Virus record (IMG/VR): IMGVR_UViG_3300021426_000004
Coordinates: 1-64,000 of that record
From: a virus
Taxonomy: Duplodnaviria > Caudoviricetes
Reading direction: 5' to 3' (one strand)
DNA: 64,000 nucleotides
Shown here: positions 58,501-64,000 of the stretch, in pieces
How positions within the stretch are numbered: position 1 is the stretch's first letter
How the letters are laid out: every line of letters starts with the position of its first letter
Made by a program: the position numbers and the translations under genes
Notes under the pieces: generated by a model
The model's input: only the letters and a program-made list of their open reading frames with translations
Databases searched by the model: none
Told to the model about the DNA's origin: nothing

Positions 58501-58616
58501 ACATCCGTAGCCTGACCGGAAACGTCTGATTTGTTATCATATAAATCACATACTACATTGTTGTTATAATCATATATAGTTAAACATAACTTCCTTTTGC
58601 GTTGCATCCCTTTCAC
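52572..58616 (-). CDS. tail spike / Tal (baseplate hub with long fibre extension)
   Basis: ELSFTIP, TRLYAYG, WRTAATGYGLTAD, G.IGGW repeats; follows Dit. Confidence 0.85.
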   Translation of the reverse strand: MKGMQRKRKLCLTIYDYNNNVVCDLYDNKSDVSGQATDVYIDKERNGWKELSFTIPSTCIGEDGLEENYRLNYLIAEYQIKAVDDKETDWYVISEPNITRNNFSKNVSVKAGHVSQLLKHKNLDLEFSDDEGNNVGTAEALLTTVLEGSSWNVGYVENFLDDNGEVKVRSITGPSGTGALGFIEKICDVFEAKPIYHGDTKTVDLISMNPLRDIDPRQIPAKVRDEFNVLELHYDRNIHSLSKTINANSMATRLYAYGSSGDMNGACTLQNAKHFEWQFTAPETGDEYSMNLEGTDNFFQGNVDVGDVLIWSNMDITSMTYIWNQTKGEAYELYDKPKGRYVQLVQQDVYQTENNFAYLLGLKYYRDVGLMSDETFQQVARFQKEMPEYYKIVKEKSESYIKGESDLSAIAEHNTGLLKLKISSVDVETESGIPSEAWPQKFTIDIDEGDHGVLYRTDYDKAERRFFQWHVTSQLKANGDPVTGTPSVLLFIHNTDPITWDMVYLKRIYDSNGELVVNSEGNPGDFTYTTGDFPTAVTVWGNNVKFQTSDRVYLLCTNSMTGLLGGRLNGIEALIENLYATTRKHPTTFFDLDDPTLVLPSPSNNEYEWLYKYHHDMRDGELWFCWAAKGESIWYRVYYEDTFPLGVEGDYYYDQKRKWLWRFTNGDWTKYESVPDQSVADMFSKVIYLCKRRDMLYKGLYKYYQYNGYVPVGNYAFSDGYGSFWTFKTKKDTNIKLLLNTVLGYVFQDDSDEVVSFSTVESDTVFYPLENELEGKTFYNGSIDPSNGVEQDVPNRFRTGTIRVWEDTRYNYDLPDGTFVHYYDVNLRYLGVNGLSGEGSFVTLPQTRYIRFTTNVQQPGGYVHVENYNNVFYMNEEQYSILAPVYTDLANVPEDQELIGIDPLMKKFADLADKTYEEDLTALRNAQTHIKEQENLLSDSLGDMLKDGRWQDANYIYGDEQRLYKDAMTMFKQISEPEVSYSFTFLDLFGTHQEEYYETHDAEWPDVDIVDICHLVDQESKTNCWAYIEKLHKCYDQEWKTTLDIDTKLTIASKHNFSDVLGRIAEVAKDIRAKQSIYEQSFTRPVDSSRLQGIIDINQNMLNGGSSNWHTDEKGNIIFEAADGLSAMVLGGRGMGVANSRNADGSWEWRTAATGYGLTADEINTGKLSADLIEVGSITADKLMSNVGQELEIGSNKALQLFATTNGSRPAGSLLTTDAKIEINAGYEEGGTTVKAKINVASGGELNLEGGNVNISAGGILNLQSTGAFYLRAKGADDINSPKDGIYIGTDGMNLGGGKFKVAFSGDTSTVNITAAYFAVGDSARKVAEFSLDSDNGIINILANNLINIAAGNTLTLVSNGGGVVIGNIGQTFTIDSDTVNAYIYNRISSLNPTNASDEPIPFGSLVPGIYVGTDGINIANMVKLGADGNAKFTGEVNANSGLIGEIHIGLSGIYSGNKSSAAAESNGFYIDSLGAIYIGPHDQTGYCPFQVTNDGSLRAVKGNIAGWYIRSDYLGNAETKNDSTIGIANATGSNIVFWAGGNYNNNPDAPKFIVQANGTLISTLGNIGGWYIGDSYIGNNSSKEVSTVGMAFYPITADDSSVVFWAGGAFSSTPYFRVTKGGILYAVGAVISGDAHFSGTIDAGAVVSCNISADRITSGAMSADRIYGGTLTLGGENGKFGRIVIKDSHNEDIGYWDRSGITALAGTISGPTISACEISSSTISGGSITGSSINIGDGNFTVNSLGEVTMKQLIVDGIPVNVSDFDKAVAYGSGAWDGTTFNATFNFFKGKISRTVGMSSSVDVTYISSLMPWAEGGNDGYALGTVGLDLYVSGEKRSDAVERVMFDATNLYDEAWDQARGSVSYTPGAKTIYVPRKGGFKGKDVESYDITATWTDGEQNVTTVSGTISQAIYNSSPWKVRVQLSSGKSGTVDVDVSAAITKWEAEVEKAKEDAGTYNKGWNDCLAACTSHTYYTGTWYDVLYVARAITAKAVNNCIGEVTSVTAYTLPPAKS

Positions 58617-58621
58617 TTCCT

Positions 58622-59728
58622 TTACGCAAACGTAGGTTTATAGGAAAAACTCAGATGAGTTAAATCCATTGAATTATCAGGAATGATTTCAATCTCATTC
58701 ATCTTTGTAATTACTGTGCTGTAATTACTTGTTTTGGAAGCATGCTGATCCAATACGATAGTATTTTCAGTCGGCTGATCAACTATTTTTCTCCAAGAGC
58801 CGCCAATGTAAATATAACTTCCAATCACATCTGTATAGATGCGGTTATAAAGTTGAACAGTCGTATTGGAAATTGCTTCAATATAAAGCTCGCGAAGCAT
58901 AGGATACGCAGGGGCAAGTTGGATAAACCCTGACTCATGATAGAAATATGCAGGGGAAACATTCCCTTCTTCATCGATCAACGAAGTCTTGCCACTCACA
59001 CCATCGATGCGTACAGTTTTGTTGTAGTTGGATGTATGAGCTTTATCCATAGCTACAATTCTGCATTCCTGTTTCGTTGTCTTGTTTCGAATTGTAATTC
59101 CGGCTCCTACATCTCCAGCGGCAACAATAGACACGTCTGCTCTTTCAGTGCCGGGATTGTGTAGTAATAAAGAAGTGCTTGCTGTCAAATTCGAATAGGA
59201 CAGGGGAGTCATAAATTCCTGTCTGTCGAACAGCGCTGTACTTCTCATTAACAGATCGTGCATTGTATTGTCGCCGCCGTCATTAGGATCAGCCGGACTA
59301 TATAAAAGATCACTTCTTGCAAACGGATAGTAAGATTTCATAGTGATGGTAATCGTGCCGTTTAAATAGTTTGCAAGTTCAGGGGCGGGGGAGCTTGTTA
59401 CTGTGGCATAATAGTAACACCACGGCCTGCGTGAGAATATAAGCTTCCCAGACTTACCCATTCTGAATAAGTTATAAATACGTTCCATAAGTCCACGGTC
59501 GATAGCTTCTTCTTCGAAATAGCAACGTAGAATAAATTCTTTAATTTGTTTAGAAGCTCCATAAAAATATCCGCCATCATGACCGTCAAATGTTTCTTCA
59601 TGAATAGTCGTTTCAGCCGGACGGTAAACATAGGTATTCTCTTTTTCCGGTGCGTAGTTTAACCCAAGATCTGCAATATCCACGCCGCAAAAAGAAAATC
59701 CGCCGCGTATAAGTTTTTCACACTGCAT
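58622..59728 (-). CDS. distal tail protein (Dit)
   Basis: GFSFCG, GKLIF..PW.YY, YPFARS; position after TMP. Confidence 0.8.
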   Translation of the reverse strand: MQCEKLIRGGFSFCGVDIADLGLNYAPEKENTYVYRPAETTIHEETFDGHDGGYFYGASKQIKEFILRCYFEEEAIDRGLMERIYNLFRMGKSGKLIFSRRPWCYYYATVTSSPAPELANYLNGTITITMKSYYPFARSDLLYSPADPNDGGDNTMHDLLMRSTALFDRQEFMTPLSYSNLTASTSLLLHNPGTERADVSIVAAGDVGAGITIRNKTTKQECRIVAMDKAHTSNYNKTVRIDGVSGKTSLIDEEGNVSPAYFYHESGFIQLAPAYPMLRELYIEAISNTTVQLYNRIYTDVIGSYIYIGGSWRKIVDQPTENTIVLDQHASKTSNYSTVITKMNEIEIIPDNSMDLTHLSFSYKPTFA

Positions 59729-59753
59729 TCAAACTCCTCCTTTCTTTGTATAG

Positions 59754-59794
59754 GTAAAAGGAGAGAGGAGCAGTAAAGCTCCTCTCTCCTTTAC
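59754..59794. terminator. long hairpin between TMP and Dit
   Basis: AAAGGAGAGAGGAGC-AGTAAA-GCTCCTCTCTCCTTT, T runs on both strands. Confidence 0.65.
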
Positions 59795-59854
59795 GGTCAT
59801 TTTCGAAAGTACCCATTCTTAAAGAAAAGCAAAGAAATCATAACGATTCGTAAA

Positions 59855-62800
59855 TCACCACGCGTAAGACGCAGTGTTGAAGCCACTCTTTGACAATTCC
59901 TTAGTAAATTCTTTGCCGATTTTCTGTGCGAGAGCAGAAATATCCTGATCGTTATCAATCTTAGCTTCGTTAATCGTAATGTTAACATCGCCGTAATTGT
60001 TTGTTGTGGTTCCATACATGGAAGGATCAATATGAGTCATAGTAGGTGCTTTCACGTAAGTGAATGCATCGAGCATTGCTCTCATATTAGCCCTGTCTTC
60101 AGCGTTCAGGAATGCTTCCGGTTTTTGCGGAGATCCGTGTACCATAGCAAGTCCTGTATAATCTACTTCTCCACCTTCAGAGAATCCAAAGGTTTTTCTA
60201 AGATTATCAACAAAAGAAGCAGCAGCTTTTACCGTTGCGTTTGCAACAGAAGCCACGCTGGATGAAGAAGAAGTTGAAGCTTTTTTTGATGCACTTGGAA
60301 AGTCCATATGTGTAGCAGCACTATAATACTTTCCGTACTTTTTCAGTGCAATTTTATTCGCCTCTTCTACTGTATAAGCTTCGACAGTCCAATTAGTTTT
60401 ATTTCCTTTTTCATCATATATATCCCAAATCTTTTTTGATCCTCCGCCAGAAGGCTTTCCACTTCCACTGCTTGATCCTCCACCGCCAGAAGATGGAGCA
60501 GGAGTAGGCGCAGGAGGCGGAGCAACATACCCAACACCCTTATAATCTGAGTCATACTCATAAGGTATAACACTTCTGTCTCTATTGTAGACATAATCGC
60601 TTATAGTACCACCAAAGTCATAGTTTCCAAGACCGGCAATATTTACATTAAATGTCCAGTCCTTCAGATCGTTTATTGTATCAATAATCTCATGATTATC
60701 ACTAAATGTAGCATCATCTATCATCGAAGCTGTAAAGGAATCATATAATTCTCCGGCTCGATACAAATAGCTTTCCCGTCCTGTATCTGAAAGCTTAAGA
60801 TATTCATCCTGAGTTTTCAGCAGTTCAAGGAACCCATCTCTGGATTGCATGGATTCATCTACTTGATCCCAATAGGTTCTCAGTTGACCAAGCATGGTAT
60901 ACCATGTGTCTTCCCAGCCGTTGATTAATTGCTGACGCTGTTCATCCGAAGACTTCTTAAAGTCTTCGTTATATTCAGCGTTCCAGTTTACAAAGTCTTC
61001 AAACGATCCGCTTAATAACCCATCGATAATATCTTTGAAGTTATTGATATTGGAAAGCAGTTCAGTCAGATTTTCCTGATATGTTGCCGCATAATCGTCA
61101 ATAGCCTTGGACTGATCGTTCAAGGATTGGATTTCTGCATTGGCAACATCCTGGGCATTCTGCATTGCCTGTTCCTTTTCCATCTCCTGGATCTTACGAC
61201 GGAGTTCGTTTGCTTCTTTTGTTCTGGTTGTATCTTGGCTGATTAAAGCTAATTGCCTTCTGTATTCAGCCAGCTCTTCATCCTTAGCTTCCTGATCCAT
61301 CATCTTCTTACGGAAGTTGACTCTTTCGTTAATCAGGTTTTTCTCTTCATTCAGTGTTTGCTTTTTCTTATCAAGAGTCTTCTGTTCCAGCGCCCATTGC
61401 TGTTGATAGTTCTTGGAAATAACAGCAAAGATATTATTCTGCATTGTTACTGTTGCAGAAAGCATATTCCTTTGCTTTTGAATCCAGGCACGAATAGCTT
61501 TATCGGCTTCGTTTTCAACGGCAATACGAGCTTTACGGATAGCATCTTGATTCTTCTCGATAAGCTCAGTATTCTTTTCAATTCTGTTATTAGTATCTGC
61601 AAGCTTTTCTTCCCAGGTTGTAATCTCTTTCGTAATCTCTTTGTACAGTTCTGGGAATTCTTTGGATTCGTTCAGCTGCTCTTCTAAATCTTTGATATGA
61701 TTCTGAATACTGTCTCTTTGATCTTCAAGGATTTTTCCTTCCCATTCAAGAGCAGTACCGTAATTAGTAAGCTGACCATTGTTTTGATATCTTGTCTGAT
61801 CATACTGCACAAGCTTTTGCTGGTGCTGAGAGAGATCGTAAGTTTCAGCAAAGGTTTCTTTCAGATTAGTAAATTTAGCCTTCTCAATAGCTTGTAATGC
61901 TTCCTGCCATTCATTCTTAAGAGAAGCAACATTCTCTTTTGTGGAACGAATAGTATCTTCGAGTTCTCGCCATTGTTGGCCTCCCTCTGTAATCTTACCG
62001 CTATTCTGCAAAGCAAGGTAATCTTCAAGAGCATTCTGCTGGTCTTTCAGCCGATCTGAAGCATTGCGGGCTTTCTCTTCAAGAATATTCTCGTAATTGA
62101 CGAAGTCATCATTACGAATAAATTCCTTTTCAGCTTCGCTTAACAGTTTCAGTTCATGCTCAAGAATAGAACCGCTGTCCTGATGGGCCTGAGTAAGTTC
62201 AGAAATCAAAGACTCTTCGATAGCCTGCTGATTGGAAAGAATAGAAGCTTCGTATTGAGCACTTGCTTCTTCCAACTCGTACAGAGTCTGAATAGCGCTC
62301 TGCCGTGCCGGGTCGCTTTCCTTCATTCCATCGATCTGCTTTTTAACTTGAGCAATAGCTGCATCGGTCATCTCTTTCATTTGACGATTGGTATCAATCG
62401 TACCTTCAAGAGTTCCACGATACTTTGTAAAATCGTTTACAGATTCATACATCTGCCCATAAGTATCAAGCATATTTGCTCTATGCTCAAGAGGCGCTTT
62501 CTGATTCTGAAGATCTTCAGCGATCTGTGAGATCCGAGCTTCCTGTAAATCAATAAGATCAGAAGCCATCTGGTTCTGAAGTTCAGCGTTCTCTTCTCTC
62601 ATTGCCCAGATCTTATCCCGTGTTTGAATCCAGCTGTCAGAGTTCTCTGTAAATGTTTTGAGCAGGTTTTCCCATTCCGTAATTTGTTTATCGTTTAAGT
62701 GAATTTGTTTACGGGTTTCTTCGATGGTCTGCTCCATAATACCTTCGTAGCTTTCAAATTGACCGCTCTTCTGATATCTTGCAGCCATCTTGGAAAGCAT

Positions 62801-64000
62801 ATTAAGATTATGACTACCACGCTTATCCTCGTTCTCTTGTTTCTGCTCAACAATAGTAATACGTTTAGCACCAAGATCGTTAATCGTATTTTTAATGTTT
62901 TCAAGATTTTCTTCGTATTGCATCAACTGTTCATTGGCTTTGTTCCAGTCATCAGAACCTCTCTCCAGTGTGGCGAGCTGGTTCTTAAGCTCCTGGATGC
63001 TTTGAGCGTATGCGCTTCTTAATCTTTCTTGGTTGGCAATCTGTTGATCGATATTGCTGCCATAATTATCATAATCGTTAGTAAAATCAAGATACTTTTC
63101 CTGGATCTCAAGCATTTTGGATTGATGCTCAATTTCGGAGATGCGTTGCTTCTGTTTTTCAAGAAGCTTATCGGTTGCGGATTTACCGCCACCTCCGCCG
63201 CCTCCGCCACCTTTATTATTATACGATCCGCCACGTCCGCCGCCTTTAACTCTTGCAGTTTTAAAGGTGCTAGAATCTGCAACGACTTTAACATCACCGT
63301 TTCCTTCTTTATCACTTTGTGCTATAACGCGAACATGTGCTTCTGCCAATATTCCGTTGAAAATTTCTAAAGCGGCTGCTAACGATTCATTATATTGTGC
63401 CACAACAGCCGCCAACTGACTGAAATCCAAATCTCCTGTTTGTGGATCGGTAATCATATTAATCTTGGGACGAACTTCAAATGGTTGAGCATTAATTTCG
63501 TCCAGTGCTTGTTGCACTAAAGGTTGGAGCATTTCTGTTCCAAAGTTTTCTTGAATAGAATCTTCAAGCAACTTTGAATATTCAGTTGCTTCTTCTTTTG
63601 TCCATTGTTCTATGTCTGACTTATCAAAACCGATTTTACCAAATTGTTTTACGGCAACTTGATCTTTTGCTATCTGTTTACCGGTTTTGCCAGTGCTTTT
63701 CTGAGCTGCTGTAATAGCATCTTGATAATCTTTTGCTTGTTTTGTTAACTGTGCAATTTCTTTCTTTTGGGCGAGGCCGCCTTTTGCCAGCTCACCCATT
63801 GATTTCGCAGCTTTTGAATTTGCTTCGCCATATCCTTTTGCTTCAACAGCAGCTGTCTTTAAAGCAGCTTTTGTATCTGTTAATCTATCTTTGATTATTG
63901 CTTCTTTTTCAGCATAATCAACAGCATTTTTATCAAGAGAAAGATAAGCATCAATTAATTCATCAAGCCCTGTCGCAGCACTTGTGAAGTCTTTTTTCAT
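59855..64000 (-). CDS. tail tape measure protein, C-terminal part (5' end outside window)
   Basis: long coiled coil; GGEVDYTGLAMVHGS..PEAFLN; upstream of Dit/Tal. Confidence 0.9.
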   Translation of the reverse strand: MKKDFTSAATGLDELIDAYLSLDKNAVDYAEKEAIIKDRLTDTKAALKTAAVEAKGYGEANSKAAKSMGELAKGGLAQKKEIAQLTKQAKDYQDAITAAQKSTGKTGKQIAKDQVAVKQFGKIGFDKSDIEQWTKEEATEYSKLLEDSIQENFGTEMLQPLVQQALDEINAQPFEVRPKINMITDPQTGDLDFSQLAAVVAQYNESLAAALEIFNGILAEAHVRVIAQSDKEGNGDVKVVADSSTFKTARVKGGGRGGSYNNKGGGGGGGGGKSATDKLLEKQKQRISEIEHQSKMLEIQEKYLDFTNDYDNYGSNIDQQIANQERLRSAYAQSIQELKNQLATLERGSDDWNKANEQLMQYEENLENIKNTINDLGAKRITIVEQKQENEDKRGSHNLNMLSKMAARYQKSGQFESYEGIMEQTIEETRKQIHLNDKQITEWENLLKTFTENSDSWIQTRDKIWAMREENAELQNQMASDLIDLQEARISQIAEDLQNQKAPLEHRANMLDTYGQMYESVNDFTKYRGTLEGTIDTNRQMKEMTDAAIAQVKKQIDGMKESDPARQSAIQTLYELEEASAQYEASILSNQQAIEESLISELTQAHQDSGSILEHELKLLSEAEKEFIRNDDFVNYENILEEKARNASDRLKDQQNALEDYLALQNSGKITEGGQQWRELEDTIRSTKENVASLKNEWQEALQAIEKAKFTNLKETFAETYDLSQHQQKLVQYDQTRYQNNGQLTNYGTALEWEGKILEDQRDSIQNHIKDLEEQLNESKEFPELYKEITKEITTWEEKLADTNNRIEKNTELIEKNQDAIRKARIAVENEADKAIRAWIQKQRNMLSATVTMQNNIFAVISKNYQQQWALEQKTLDKKKQTLNEEKNLINERVNFRKKMMDQEAKDEELAEYRRQLALISQDTTRTKEANELRRKIQEMEKEQAMQNAQDVANAEIQSLNDQSKAIDDYAATYQENLTELLSNINNFKDIIDGLLSGSFEDFVNWNAEYNEDFKKSSDEQRQQLINGWEDTWYTMLGQLRTYWDQVDESMQSRDGFLELLKTQDEYLKLSDTGRESYLYRAGELYDSFTASMIDDATFSDNHEIIDTINDLKDWTFNVNIAGLGNYDFGGTISDYVYNRDRSVIPYEYDSDYKGVGYVAPPPAPTPAPSSGGGGSSSGSGKPSGGGSKKIWDIYDEKGNKTNWTVEAYTVEEANKIALKKYGKYYSAATHMDFPSASKKASTSSSSSVASVANATVKAAASFVDNLRKTFGFSEGGEVDYTGLAMVHGSPQKPEAFLNAEDRANMRAMLDAFTYVKAPTMTHIDPSMYGTTTNNYGDVNITINEAKIDNDQDISALAQKIGKEFTKELSKSGFNTASYAW

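Noticed and set aside
63185-63245. CCG/CCA-rich low-complexity tract
   Set aside because: Encodes a Gly-rich linker in the tape measure protein; not a separate repeat element.
20340-63419. Plus-strand and alternate-frame ORFs in the late region (e.g. 49533-50129, 40028-40528, 61253-61687)
   Set aside because: Antisense or out-of-frame shadows of long structural genes.

Overview
This is a 64-kb slice of a large, low-GC, temperate tailed phage, probably a siphovirus of a Clostridia-like Firmicute. Positions 1-20.3 kb (+ strand) hold early and accessory genes: recombination and nuclease genes, a tyrosine integrase followed by a promoter and a 5'-half tRNA-Arg(CCG) (candidate attP), HU, a dense array of about 35 small zinc-ribbon or membrane ORFs, PTH2 and ThyX. 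Positions 20.3-64 kb (- strand) are the end of the late operon: tape measure, Dit, Tal, a large set of modular fibre and adhesin genes, a GT2 glycosyltransferase and a multi-gene lysis cassette. The two arms meet at back-to-back terminators at about 20.28-20.34 kb. The most striking unexplained structures are four. (1) A family of tRNA-scaffold RNAs at 14.96-17.13 kb has class-II-like D arms, T arms and acceptor stems, but the anticodon arm is replaced by a covarying pseudoknot domain. (2) The small-gene array is built on two short repeated DNA motifs, GGTGAAGTG at gene junctions and CTGAAAGAGCAGGAAGC mid-gene, which looks like combinatorial module shuffling; a third boundary motif (AATTRCTGTWT) takes over at 15-18 kb. 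(3) The attP carries the 5' rather than the usual 3' half of a tRNA. (4) Fibre proteins share recurring N- and C-terminal motifs that suggest head-to-tail docking. All product calls come from motif recognition by eye; no database searches were run.
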